A stretch of DNA of 62,425 bases, counting the filler, from Choristocarpus tenellus KU-1152 (taxonomy: Eukaryota; Protista; Phaeophyceae): the NCBI GenBank assembly GCA_964200185.2. It is 9 parts of 9 records of this genome, joined end to end, with 100 filler letters (N's around TTAATTAATTAA, not from the genome) between each part and the next. Parts side by side here need not be neighbours in the genome. Positions count along the whole stretch, not along the records: positions 16,809 to 28,885 come from CAXNAD020001990.1; positions 28,986 to 33,254 come from CAXNAD020015371.1; positions 33,355 to 43,030 come from CAXNAD020003480.1; 6 more parts are not named here. One strand, given 5' to 3'. Below, one piece after another: positions 26,877 to 39,899 of the stretch. The notes below the pieces were generated by a model. That model was not told the origin of the DNA. It did not search any database and saw only the letters and a program-made list of their open reading frames with translations. Position 1 is the first letter of the stretch, and every line of letters starts with the position of its first letter. The translations under genes were made by a program, and so were the position numbers.

Positions 26877-27653
26877 TTTGAGACATGTTTTGCTAAGTAT
26901 TGTAGATACATAAATGTGAAAATGAGCATTGGTAAGGCGTGAAGATGTGTAAATGTAGTAATGTACTACTGCAGTGTGTGCTTTATATCGTCCGTTTCTG
27001 TCTTCAAAGGAACGTAGGCATGGCTGCCTCAATTCCCAATTGCCGCGTCTGTTAATTGCATGATTGTCTGGAGACTTGGACAGTCCAGAAGGGTAAGAAA
27101 GAGACAGTTACTGTATTGAAGTAGGTTTTAGCTTAGTGGGCGGCAGGCATGGTGTGACTTCGGAGGACAATCTTGATCATGTACTTACTTACTTGCATGT
27201 CAAATTTGGAACAATGTTGTTAGTAGTGTTAGGGTAGCTATAATGCATGCATCCCATCGTGGAGAACCTCTACCGACCTCCAACTTGGGAATTTTCCGGA
27301 TTTGGTCAGTCGCCTGGCCCCATTGAATTGCTGAAAATTGTGTGCTTTGCGTACCGTCCTCACTTGCAACCCTCGCCCCTCCAATCTCGAGTTTGGGCCC
27401 CTTACGATGCCCTCACCACTGAGACTGACGCAATCTTTGGTTCTGAGAAATGTCTTGTGTTTTTGTTGTAGTTAACACAGAAGTAGAAATAGGACTTGTT
27501 GGGGTGGTTTTTGTTTCAGGGTTAGGGTTGATTGCAACAGAAGAGGATTAGGGATGGTGTCAGGTTGTGATTTTATCTGTGGTGCAGTGGTGGGGGTTGA
27601 AGCACTCTAAATTACCATCACGGCAGCGAGTAATTGAGTTTGTAATCTATGCT

Positions 27654-28271
27654 TGGTACTGTCGGTGGTACTGTCTGTGGTACTGTCTGTGGTACTGTCT
27701 GTGGTACTGTCTGTGGTACTGTCAGTGGTACTCTTTGTGGTACTGTCCGTGGTACTGTCCGTGGTACTGTCTGTGGTACTCTTTGTGGTACTGTCTGTGG
27801 TACTGTCTGTGGTACTGTCTGTGGTACTGTCTGTGGTGCTCTTTGTGGTACTGTCCGTGGTACTGTCCGTGGTACTGTCTGTGGTACTCTTTGTGGTACT
27901 GTCTGTGGTACTGTCTGTGGTACTGTCTGTGGTACTGTCTGTGGTACTCTTTGTTGTACTGTCAGTGGTACTGTCTGTGGTACTCTTTGTGGTACTGTCA
28001 GTGGTACTGTCTGTGGTACTCTTTGTGGTACTGTCTGTGGTACTGTCTGTGGTACTGTCTGTGGTACTCTTTGTGGTACTGTCTGTGGTACTCTTTGTGG
28101 TACTGTCAGTGGTACTGTCAGTGGTACTGTCTGTGGTACTCTTTGTGGTACTGTCTGTGGTACTGTCTGTGGTACTCTTTGTAGTACTGTCTGTGGTACT
28201 GTCCGCGGTACTGTCCGTGGTACTGTCCGTGGTACTGTCCGTGGTACTGTCTGTGGTACTGTCAGTGGTAC
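27654..28271. repeat. 12-bp minisatellite (GTGGTACTGTCT and variants), about 51 copies
   Basis: Read directly. The array is stop-free in several frames, which yields the TDST/VLSV/GTVC/WYCL ORFs. Confidence 0.95.
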
Positions 28272-28503
28272 CAGTGCTTGGGATCGTGTTGGTGCTTTCG
28301 AAACTTTTAGATTGGTACTTCCAAAACAAAGTATGTTTGTTGTAAATATGGATGGGTTAAGGTTAGGGTTAGGGTTAGGGTTAGGTTCTTGCTGAAAAAG
28401 ACGAAAATGTTTATTGTTGCCTAACCCTGCAAGTACCGATACTGGGAACATTTTCTCTTTCCATTTTGTGACCTTGGGGCCAGGGCCACTCTCAGCTCAT
28501 CAG

Positions 28504-28685
28504 TGGCAGTTGACCCATCGATGCAAGAGGATGATGAGGAGCCGGAAGAAGAAGTGGGGGGGGCAGGGGTGGGTGGGGGAGGAGGGGAATGTAGTGGAGA
28601 TGAAGAAAAGGGGAGTTCTGAGGGGAGGGGGGAGAGGGTGGCAGCAGCAACGAATGACGACGGGGGAATTGAGGAGTCTCAATGA
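28504..28685 (+). CDS. Possible terminal exon, acidic/Gly-rich tail (parent gene unresolved)
   Basis: CAG acceptor at 28501-28503, then AVDPSMQEDDEEPEEEVGGAGVGGGGGECSGDEEKG...EESQ*. The purine-rich composition resembles exons elsewhere in the window. No homology evidence. Confidence 0.3.
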
Positions 28686-30099
28686 GAAGGCAAAGAGGGT
28701 GGATAAGTATGTAGTGTGATGTAGGCTTAGAAGCTTTACATGAGGCAATGACAAACAGGAAACTATGATTGGAGAGACTATGTTGTCGGCCTCTATGTGC
28801 AGGGGTCATCTGTGTCTGTGTTGATTGGTTGAACTGAAGCAGGTGTGAAAATACTTTGAGAGTATGTTTGTTGTGGGAGGGGGGGNNNNNNNNNNNNNNN
28901 NNNNNNNNNNNNNNNNNNNNNNNNNNNNNTTAATTAATTAANNNNNNNNNNNNNNNNNNNNNNNNNNNNNNNNNNNNNNNNNNNNCGGGTCCGGCGCGGT
29001 CCGGTCCGGTCCAGTTCAGTTCAGTTCAGTTTGTTTTTGCAAAGGTCATGTTCGAAGAAATGAAAAAAAAAGGAGAAAAAAAAAAAGACGAGGCGGGGCG
29101 ACGCAAAGGAACAAAAAAAAAGGGCGAGCGATGGAGAAATGTGGTCTTCATTTAGAACATCGAAAGCAGCGAATCTTGATTACTGACATGTGCCATCAAC
29201 ATCAAAAAAAAAATGGTTAAAAAACTTACTTTCTTCAACACTGGATTATTAACCCTCTCGCCTGAAACAGGAAACATTATTATTTGTATTTCAGGAGTTT
29301 AAATATGTTTGTATAAACATCGCCGAAGTGTTTCCTCGAACCCTAACCCTAACCCTTTATCTTCAAACTGGGTGTTTACAGCTCTGAACACTGAACCTCA
29401 CTAACACCCTGACGGAACAGGTTATAAATGCTAGCGATGGGGGATACTTAACCCTAACCCTTAGCGCTTTAAGGTCAAAACATTTTAACACTAGACCTCA
29501 CCCCAAAATACGGAACGCTAAAACACTCTTCAACTCTAAACCTCTCACCCTTACCCTAATACATCAAAGTAAAAAAGCTTCAACAACAAAAAAAGATAGA
29601 TCAACCCTACCGGAACGCTTCGGATTCTTAAAGCTTCAACACCAAAACACTTTCTTTCCTCACCCTTGCACTTGAGAGATTGAAAACCCTTAGCAATTGA
29701 CCTCAGCCTTACCCTACAGGTTTAAAAGACCTTCAGCGACTAGCCTTACCATTCCCCAAACATCAAAAAGAGAAGGCTGCAAAAAAGCTCTTTCACATCG
29801 AAACGATAAAATAGACTTTATTTCGAACACTAGAGGTTGAATTGGGATCATCAACAGACGGCAGAAGGAGGTTTTATACATGGGCTGATGCTATCTATAG
29901 TTGAGAGGACAGAATGAACACAGACGAGGTTGCCGTATTTACAGATGGGTGAAAAACATGCATGCACACAAGAATCAGGCAGGCGTGTCTTTGTCACAAT
30001 ATTTTCTTCCGCTTTCTTCTGACATCTGACAGGGAGCACACGGTCAGGGTCTGTTTACATCAAATCGACATGCATTACATCACACCACCGAAACACCAT

Positions 30100-32800
30100 A
30101 TCAATGCACGGAAACCGGTTTGTGTCTGTATGGACCAGTCTATCCAAAGAAAAAACATTGCTTGTGCTGGGTTAAATAAAATGTACCATATTTCCCATGG
30201 AAGGCACAGGAAATCACAGGAGGAAAAGGGTGTGAGATAAATATCATAGGGTCCAGACCGATGGTCAGATTGATGTCTGTGATTTCATGTCGTTCGCTCT
30301 TGGATGAGGATAGAGGAAGCAAGTAGTCGCATCGCAAAAAGGCGGAAGAGGGACATACATCCATCATTGTGAGATGAACACAGTCCAACATGCTATCACA
30401 TACCACTGGCAACTGGTACAGTCGCACGGCCGGTTGGGTAATGTGTGTCGGCGTCAAAAGTGCTGGTGTTCCCGCCAGCTCTCAGCTCCAGCAGCCCCTC
30501 GCTACCGACATTGCTACTGAGCTGCAACAAATGCAAATGAAAGAGGTGAAGGAATTAGTGCCAAGGCAAGATATGATACCCCAGCCACTCGGCAGGTATG
30601 GGGAGAGGTCCTGGGCTGGGGCCTCTACCTAGAAAGAGAGCAAGAAGTGGGGAAGAAAAGCATGCAAACATACTGACACGGAGGTTGCAACTATAAATTA
30701 AAGAGCACTCACCGTACTGTCAGAAGGAACTACGACAGACGATGCTTCTACGATGGGAGAGGCGCGTCCTCGCACACGATCAAATAAACCACGAAAGTGT
30801 GACCTCCCTGCCCTGACCGGACCATCACCCAGGTTGCACTTGAGCGACCCTACCCCACCGGAAATTCTGTCCAGGTTTTGAAAAGCATGGGATGTTTCAC
30901 CTGCCCTCGTACGATGTAGGTTGCCTGACTTCCTTAGATCCCCTTGATAACCCACATTTCTAGGATCAGGGGTGACACAAAGCACGAAACAACCTCGTGA
31001 TGCATGGGTGATCCGTCCAGTGCTACAGAAACTGGGGGTGATGTTAGTACCAACGACATCACCAAGTGTTGGAGGTGCAGCCGCCGTCACTGTGGCTATC
31101 CAAAAAGAGGCCAATAGTGCAGTGGATAGCGAGGATCGGGGGGATTCTCGTTGTTCTCTATAGCAATGACGCCGACAGGTGCCTTTGGAGACCCTACGAT
31201 TGATCACCCCATAAGTCGGCAACCTCCTCGGTACAACCTGGACGGTCATACTTGACGACCCCATACCCCTTCCTCGTCCACTCATGAAGAGCGTGTTTCA
31301 GTCTACTGTAGAACAGACCGTGGTTAGCCTCCACACCCCACAGATGCCCAAAGGATGTGTCTCTTACTGGGTAAGAATGAGAGAGACGCTACTGCAACTT
31401 GGGGACACGTGTCCTAGGATTAGAGGACTCTACTGATCCTCAAGAAGAGAGCACTACTCGAGATTCATGCCTGCATTACATATGACCTCGCTCGGCACAA
31501 CAAGACGGCGGGATGACGTGTTGTGCGTGAGGCACGTGAACAGTTTTCACAGATGCTGTGTTATGTGTTTGTTAGTCAGTTTGGGTAGGCAACTGGGAGG
31601 AGGCGTTCTCGTAGTAACTGTTAATTGTTTGAAGAGAGAGGTTGAGTTGAGCCGACAAACCTCCATCAATTACAATAAAGGGAGTCTTCACTAGGACCTT
31701 CTTTTCCTTCCTGGAGCTCAATGGATATATGGTTACGGATGTCACAGTCATGTAGACCGAGTCAAAACGAAAGCAAGCAAGAGAGATGCATGAATACCGA
31801 GAAAGAACAAGAAGACTTCCTGAGACCATACCAACACCGCTTCTCCAGCATCACTTCTCCCTTTCCACGGATTGCATTCGATGACAAGGCACTAAATACA
31901 GGGATCCCATCCCCCATGCACATATAGAAGGCAATAGTGGCTGGGGGAGTTGCTATCGCCAAACTCCCAAGCCCGTCGAGGACTTGTTGGGGGTCGCCAT
32001 ATCACATGAGCCAGGCATAGAAATTTGTAAGCTGTGAAGGGAAATGCTCATTGGAATTACCTTTATTATCTTAACAATTTCATGTGGATACTCTTTACTA
32101 CTAGTATCACCACTTTTATCCTGTCTTACTCCCGACGAAGAATCTGGTCTCCGTCCATCACGTCTTTGTCCTGATCTACAATTTTGTCCCACTCTCCATT
32201 TATAGATAAACAGCATCAATAAAGTATGGCTGAGTAGGCTCCATTAGTCCCTTAATTGAAAATCATCCCCTAGTAGAACCACCCTCCGCAAGTTATTCAG
32301 TCAGGCAAAAGTTGCACCGAAAATTGCTGGGGAAACAACTGATTGAAGACATCAAATTGGGGCGCACATTTATAATAAAGCACTTCTCATAATATTGCGT
32401 GAACATCGAAAGGTTTTCAACTATCCTTCCCACTTCTCTTACTTTGCTTGCTTATCATGTGGCCTGCTTATAGTTACTAGCAACTGGCAACTATACCTCA
32501 TCTTGATTCATCCTTACCGTATCTAGTAAGAAATATATCATGAGAGTCTTGTTATTCTGGTAGTTGGGGGAAACGTCTTGTTTCTCGTCCATCTGGTTAC
32601 TTAAATAAGGTCGGGATTGCCTCCTTTAATTTCGACTAATATGTAGCCAAAATAGTTGAACTTCTTATTTCTATGCTTCAGAGGATACATAAAATGGTCC
32701 CCACGAAGGGAGATCAACAAATATTTGCAGCGCATTGGTGGTTCATAGACTGTGGAGAGATATACTGTGGGGAGACACACCACAAAATATCGCGGTAACC
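30100..32800 (+). mobile_element. Highly degenerate Ty3/Gypsy LTR-retrotransposon relic (boundaries approximate)
   Basis: Broken-frame remnants in RT-RNaseH order: SYWVRM (~31362); RRDDVLC...LGRQL...NCLKREVELSRQT (~31505-31660, YxDD-region-like); FLRPYQHRFSSITSP (~31817); REMLIGIT (~32038). Many stops and frameshifts. Confidence 0.45.
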
Positions 32801-33032
32801 TGTTTGTGGAAAGTTAGGGTTGGTACGATGTACACAAGCCAGTGTTCGCAAACGGAAAATAGGTCGGGTTACTGTCTCCTTCACAGTCAGGAAGGAGTGA
32901 AAAGTATCTTAGAGAAAAAGACTTACGTACCTACCTCTAATAAATTGGTGATTTTCCTTGCACCTTCTATTTCCTCATGCTCGAGCAACTGGGTCAAACA
33001 AGCCTATAATTGCAAAAGCTAATACATATTAT

Positions 33033-33212
33033 GGCTCAAAGTATCTAGGGGGGGGTGGCGGCTATCCATCTGGGGTCAATTTTTTCATGCCGCGATTTTT
33101 GGGCTATTGGGTTGCATACGTCGGATGGATAATGTAAATGTGTTTTTTTTCCTGATTTTGACACAAATGGACACCCTGATGTAGCCCCCCCCCCCCCCCG
33201 CGACATTTGAGG
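33033..33212. mobile_element. MITE family B (~180 bp, TIR core CAAAGTATCT followed by poly-G)
   Basis: GGCTCAAAGTATCTAGGGGGGGG...CCATCTGGGGTCAATTTT...TTGCATACGTCGGATGGATAAT...AAATGGACACCCTG...poly-C. Homologous copies elsewhere in the window. Confidence 0.75.
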
Positions 33213-33926
33213 GTTTTTTTTTCCCTTTTCACTCGATTTGTTCCCTTTTGAGGTNNNNNNNNNNNNNNNNNNNNNNNNNNNNNNNNNNNNNNNNNNNNTT
33301 AATTAATTAANNNNNNNNNNNNNNNNNNNNNNNNNNNNNNNNNNNNNNNNNNNNTACCGCCCCCCCCCAGATCTAACCCCTTTCCCTACCCCCCCCCCTT
33401 CCCACCCCCCCCCCCCTTTTTTTTGTACGGCAACCCCCCCCCCCCCCCCCCCCATCTACAATGTTCACCTCTCAATATTAAATTCGATGACAATTTCTAT
33501 GCATGTGCTGTGAATTTGTCAAGGCTGTAACAAAACTCTACTCTAGAGTACCATGTTCAAGATCTGCTTCAAATAGAAGCTTTATTTAAGGTACACCCTT
33601 CGATGACACAAGAACATACTTCTGTGTGTGAACCGATACACAAGAAACAGCTACATCACCCTATCTTTCATGATCTAAAGTGTGCTTCTAGGGCGTACGT
33701 AGGTCTTGGGGGTTGAAAACACAAATACTCAGCCATCGAATGACCTCCCGCTCCACACTACCATTCAGGCAGCAGTGGCATGTTGAAGTTGTTCTCACTG
33801 TGGAAAGAGTGATTGCTTTGACATGCTCCTCGCAACTAGCAATGTGTCTCAACGCATCCCTTCGGTATAGTTAGGGTTAGGGTTAGCAGTTACCAACTTG
33901 TTCTTTTTGCGGGAGGGACTCATCAA

Positions 33927-33978
<52 letters not shown>

Positions 33979-34146
33979 TTTTTTTTTTTTTTTTTTTTAT
34001 CAGCAAACAAAAAAAAATTAAATAAAGAAACAATTTTNNNNNNNNNNCTGTGTTTTTTTGGTGGAGGAGCACCCCACCCCCCCCCCCCCCCCCCCCCCTC
34101 AACCTTCCCACCACCACTCACGGTGTATTTTTTCTACTTTTTACAG

Positions 34147-37100
34147 GGAGCCAAAATCAAATTTACGATGAAGGACCCGATTTTGGAAACAGAACCAAGG
34201 GAGATCGAGCTCACCAGGACCTTTTCTGATGTAGAAAATCCAGTGCGCTATAGTGTAAAGGTGAGGGAGGGGAAGTGGAGAGGGTAGAGTGTATCAGCTG
34301 GCAGACGGTATTGCATCTTTGGGGAGTTGGGGGTGTACAGCATCCTTGTCCAGGAGGGGAGACAAGCTCTTGGTACGGGCATATTTCTCTAGTTTTTGTG
34401 TGATCGAAGCTTCTCAGAGAGTGGTGTAGCTGGACTCGCTTGAATGATGCCATTTGAAGGAACTACTGCGATGGTTGTAGGTCTAGGTGATACGCCTCTT
34501 TTCCTTGTTCATTATTGCATCGTGCATTTCGCTGCGTAGGCGCTTCCCTTGAGGCTAGCCGTGAACCTGAAGTTGGTGAGAAAATGCCAACATTCAGGGG
34601 AAAGGCAACAAGGCGAAAAGTGAAAAACATCCACATCTATAGGAGTGCCACCAGGTGGCATACTTAACGTTCCACCGATGGGGTACCATAATCCCATAAC
34701 GTCTTCCATCCCTAGCCCTTTATGTATACTCCAGAGTTTTTTTTCTTTTCTGGAGTACTTGTTATTGTTATCGTCGCATAGTGTGCAAGCATTGCACACT
34801 ATCGGTAGTGGTTCCGAGTCCTGGAGCTGCATGTGTGTATAAAATAAAATACAGTAGAAGAGGAAGTGTGGAGTACATCTTGACCAACCCGTGCAAAGCT
34901 TTCTAACGCCCCAAATACATCATACAGCGTGTATCCTGTGCAACCCCCCACCCGCCCCGCCTCCCTCCCCCGCCCTTGTATGGCCACTGGACACAGGATC
35001 AAGGAGAGCACAAGGTAGGGTACGCTCAGGTTAGAGAGTTTAATGCCATCGCCACGGATCGGCTGCGGGATGCCCTGTCAGATATGAAGGCAAAGGGTGC
35101 CGATGAGTTTGTGCTGGATCTACGCGGCAATGGGGGAGGTGCCTTCCAGAGCGCCCTGGGTATTGCAGGTCTATTCATGAATGAGAAGCCCATCGCTGCA
35201 GTGGTGGGTGGTGGTGTGGGGGAGATGAGTGCAGGGATCTTCGCAGGGTGGGGAGTTTAGGAAGGAGATGAATTGAATCGACTTGACCGCGGGGGGGGTT
35301 GTGCAAGAGAAGAGGTCCTTTCCATATAGTTCTAGATGAACTTGGTAGTGACGAGGTCTCCGTTGGTGACTGCTGCTTGAGATGAAGTGCTGTGGAACAT
35401 GCAATGCAATGTCAGAACCAGGTTGTGTATCCAGCAAGACTGCTAATAGGTTACATGTGGAGTGGGCCTTGTCCTACTTAGTTTGTCCCCCCTCCTTTGC
35501 TACATCTACATCAGACTTGCAGCGTACCTTGCTGCCTTGAGGGTCCTGAGGTATGAGCAGGCCTTGGATGAAACACTGCCATTTGTTTAGATCGAGACAT
35601 CCCCTAACCTGATCCAATACTGTGTTTTAACCAAGGGATTACTGAGCAAGGGCGCACTATATGTGGTTGGTTTATCAGGGCCTTCCCCTCATGGCTATCT
35701 CTGATATGTAACAGGTACAGCATGCTCCTACTCATCTTTACCCCGCCACAATGTCCCTTGATCTAGGTGGATGGGGATGGGAAACGGGTGCCATTCAGCA
35801 CCAAAGCTGAGGCTCTCTTCACGGATGACCCTCTTGTTGTGTGGATCGATGGGCACTCTGCCAGTGCTAGTGAGGTACAAGCATGATCTGAGTTCTGTAT
35901 ATCCCTGTCTCCGTTCTTTGGTGTGTCAGTCAGCATCTCCTCCCTTTCCCACGCTTGTGATCCTGAGACACCACCATGTCCAACAGTCCACACTCATGAG
36001 CTGATTCGCATTGTGTTTGGAAACATTGTAGTTTGGAAGTATAAGGTGCATATGGTCATTGTTGCATTGCCTTAATTGAAACCAGCACTTGCTAGGAAAG
36101 GTACTAAATCGCCTGGCCGAGCCTCCACCCCTTGTCAAGCCCCTAGTTGTGTAACAGGATACTAGTTTTGCGTGTTGGAGACTTCTAGAGTCAGGTACCT
36201 TTTTTGTCGAAGTCGCTCGAAGTGCATTCTGTCTTCACCTATAAATTTTTTCCACTAAATTTCTCAAGTAAACCCATCTCGCTGTCTATCCCGTGTGTGG
36301 CTGTTGTCCTCCTGATGCGCCCAAGGTGTTGGCAGGGGCATTACATGATGATTGCCGGGCACTGCTAAGGGGTTCAAAGTCCTTTGGGAAAGGACTGATA
36401 CAAGCTGTGTATGGACTTTCTGATGGCAGTGGGCTCATCCTCACCGTGGCGCAGTATGAAACACCACGAGGAACCAACATTCAGGCATGCTATCCCACTC
36501 TGCCTAAATGACAGGAAGAAGGGGTGGTGGGTTTTGTCTTCACTTGGCAGAAGGTCACCCCCACAAATATTGGGTTTCTAACCAAGGTAGTTGCTATATA
36601 GGCAACGTCCTGCAACTAACAGAAACCACACCGTAGTGTAGATCTCTGGTTGTTGGAAAGGAGAAAATGATCTTCAGTACATCATCTCCTGTGATGACGG
36701 GTGCTTTGTGCAAAGAACCTTAGCAACAGTGAATACTCCAAGTAGATAATGAGGAGGTGATACATCACGTGCTATTTCAAGTCAGATGTGGAAATTGTTG
36801 GGGTGTTGCTCTTCATGGTCTGGTTGTTTGTCTACAAGAGTTGAGATACTCCTTTAGCTCACTGTACCTAGCACTCCTCATTTTGTCTTTCAGCGGTGAA
36901 CCTAGACCTTCAGTGGAGCATGCCATTCTCCTCTCAAACCTTTAACCTCTTCCCATATAAGATGAAACTGAGTCCTCCCTCTCACACCTACTGCTACCTT
37001 TGCTTTGTGCAGGGGTTAGGTATTGAGCCAGACATGGTTGGGGGATTGCCCCTCCAGCTCATGGGCATACCAAAAGACATCGAGCAAGAACAGTTTGACT

Positions 37101-37186
37101 TGGCCAGTGAGCGTATGAAGGCCTGCCCTCCAATAGAGCCAAAGGCTGCTGCAAGTCTTGGCACTCCAAATGTTGGTCTCGTGTAA
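34147..37186 (+). CDS. ctpA: Carboxyl-terminal processing protease (peptidase S41, CtpA/D1-processing family), partial (5' exons missing)
   Basis: Exons 34147-34260, 34997-35203, 35767-35874, 36326-36484 (GC donor), 37013-37186 (TAA), all phase 0. S41 hallmarks: VGYAQVREFN, VLDLRGNGGG, PLVVWIDGHSASASEVLAGALHD (catalytic Ser), SFGKGLIQ (catalytic Lys), LTVAQYETPRGTNIQGLGIEPD. Confidence 0.92.
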
Positions 37187-39899
37187 AAACAAGCAACCCG
37201 CTTGGTTGACTGCCTCAGGTCTTTTCTTTAGTGGGAGATCAGGGGGCTGCCTTATGCTGCCAATGCCCTTGTACCTGAGGTTTATTTTGCAGTGCATTGA
37301 AGTATGTATTTGTGTAGTGCTTTTTGTTGTCCATTTAATCCTCTAGGAAAGGACGGGAAGTGGTGTTGAAGATAAATGAAGAGTAGACTTGAGCTCCTCC
37401 TTGAGGGACTGGATGAGGTTATAGTATTAAAAGCTGTGGGGATAGAACTCATTAGCAAACTCCACACATAAGAGTCATCTTTTGCAACTATCATCTGGAG
37501 ATGCTCATACTGCATGTGCAAGGCTGAGGCGGGAGATTAGACTGTTCTATCTCCTTAGCCAGAGTTGCAACCGCATGTGTGAACACATTGTTTTCCTATC
37601 CATGCGCTGAGTCATGGTAGTTCATCGGGATGGTGGTAGGATTAGTTGATGCGGGACTAAGTCGGAAGAACTAGTGAGTGAGGAGGTTACATACATCACA
37701 ACATAGAGCAGAGTCAAACACCATGTATGTGGTCACTTCCCTGTACAGGTATTTTACAGAATAATGGAAAATATGAGATGGTGATGGCAACATTTAACAT
37801 TAGAGCTCTGCATCTACCTGTAAAATAATGGGAATGACAGGTTGTGGGTGTGGGGGGTCTTGACAAAAAAAAAATGAACAGCGGATGAAGACATCTCCTA
37901 CATGCATGCATCAGTTGGTGTGTTTCTATGAAAGAGTAGAGCCCTAGCTGAGCAAGTTCTGTGCTCGTGTAAGAAGTTGTCAGCGTCCTAGTTTCTCACA
38001 TTGCGTGTGTCTTTCTCTTCTGAAGATAAGAGTGATCAGACCCCCATGGGCTGTTAAACACTCAGTTCCTTTCCCGGGTGTTTTATAGGCAACTGTACGG
38101 TGTATGGAGAGGTTCCAGGGTAACACCTGTGGATTGTTGCAACTTCCGACAAGGAAGGAGGACGTATTCCATTGCGCAACGAACAGAATACAACAGAATC
38201 TGATTCGCACGTGTGAGAGAAGCGTGGTTGACATCATGTTCTATCACTCTGAGCCTTAGTTTGATCGTGGGTGGAGAGATAGAGTAGGCTCTAGAGCTGT
38301 CACATTATTGCAAACCCCACCTACTACACACTAAATACTTCCCTTGTTACACGCCGTAAAGCAGTATACATCAATACTAACGCCATGGGACACATGGTGT
38401 TACAGGGTATTCATTTTGAATATCAAAAATAACATTTATCCCTGTGATTGGTGCATCTTGAAGGATAAAAAGGCCCGCTCCCTATGTATCGCTCGCTGCA
38501 TGCAACAAGGCTCTCTGCCTGAGAGCGGCTTCTTATCCTATTTGTGGCGAATTAACCTGAAAGAAACACCACCAGGTGTTTGAAAAAGTCAGGTGCAAGT
38601 ATCCCCGCTGTCGAAAGTGGCAAGGCCTCTATTCTATGTTCTATTCCTTCTATGGTTGAACCTCAAACGAGTCAACTGACTGTAGTCACATAAGGAAGAG
38701 GTGAGTGAAAATGCTTCTTGGTACCGTTGCGGCAAGAAAAGTTGAGAGATACAAATAAGGCACATATTCTAAATTTCGTCTCACACTTTAGACTGAACCA
38801 AAAGCTCCTCTGTGATGTTTCCACCACACAAGGAGTTCGACAAGCCCAGAGGTTTGTGTGAGCCACGGTATCTCAATCTAGACCCATGGCTGCTTGATCT
38901 CCTTGCCATCAAATGATCAGCTCATTGATCGTTCAGAAAATACAATCTCGAGTATGTTATGCCTCACATACAGGTTTACTGAGACAAGTAAAAGACATCT
39001 CACTCTTAAGCTTCAATGAGCCCCCCCCACCAGAGGCAGACCAAGGGACGGGTAGAAAGCGACGGATTTTCTACCCAAAAGTGTATTCACACATGGGCTT
39101 CGCAACCTGCACTGAACCTTGTTTTTGCATGTATGTATATACTCCAGAGTATACCTGAGTACTTACCGATGTATTTTCTTACACAGTAACACTATATACT
39201 ATCCTAGAAGCCTTCCTATTCGGATCCACTGTATCCTCCAGGAAGGTCCAGGTCAGAACTTTTCATGAACCTCCCTTCTTTCAATGTACTTAGCGATACG
39301 GTTGTCAACCCAGTCCAGGTTTACCCCAGCACATGATTGTAAATCCACCTCGAACAGTATAGCAAAAGCATCAGCGTACTTTATCTGTCACTTCTAAATT
39401 CTAACAATGACAGAAATGCAAGGACACAGTCTAGTGTGACTGAAACCCTCGCGATTTACACTTGTACGATAAGTTAACACGTAAAAAACATACTCTCTCT
39501 CTTTTATCTTGTTGCTACATACTGATTTAAGTTTTTTAAGCCAGTCCCCGCTGATACCTGCGATAGGACCAAAATACCGAACAAGAAGTTAAGAAGCTTT
39601 CCGCGGGTGATTCGTCACAGCCCAAAACACCAAGTCAGCGGAAGCAAAAACTGAAAATGACATATTTCCTCCCCTCCTAGCTTCTTGAGGGACGACGTCA
39701 AAGAAGTCACAACAGAAGAAGTAGCATCCACGAACAACACAAAATGACCTTAGCTTTGTACATGAACCCCATGCGCTATGTCTCCACCCTATAGTGTGTT
39801 TTTTCTACTACGAGATAAGAAGACCCCCCACATACACACAACACAACCTGAATAATACCCGCTGTGATGAGGTACTCCCACAAAAAACCAAGTTGAACG

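Noticed and set aside
27567-28451. Five overlapping 205-277 aa ORFs (TDST mucin/antifreeze-like, WYCL, GTVC, VLSV, TVPQ repeats)
   Set aside because: An automatic consequence of a stop-free 12-bp unit. There is no signal peptide, non-repeat domain or convincing splice context. RNA-seq coverage would be needed to revive it.
33898-34146. Poly-Pro/Phe/Gly ORFs from long C, T and A homopolymers (also 2718-2778)
   Set aside because: Low-quality intronic homopolymer runs, next to Ns in the 33898 case. Not coding.
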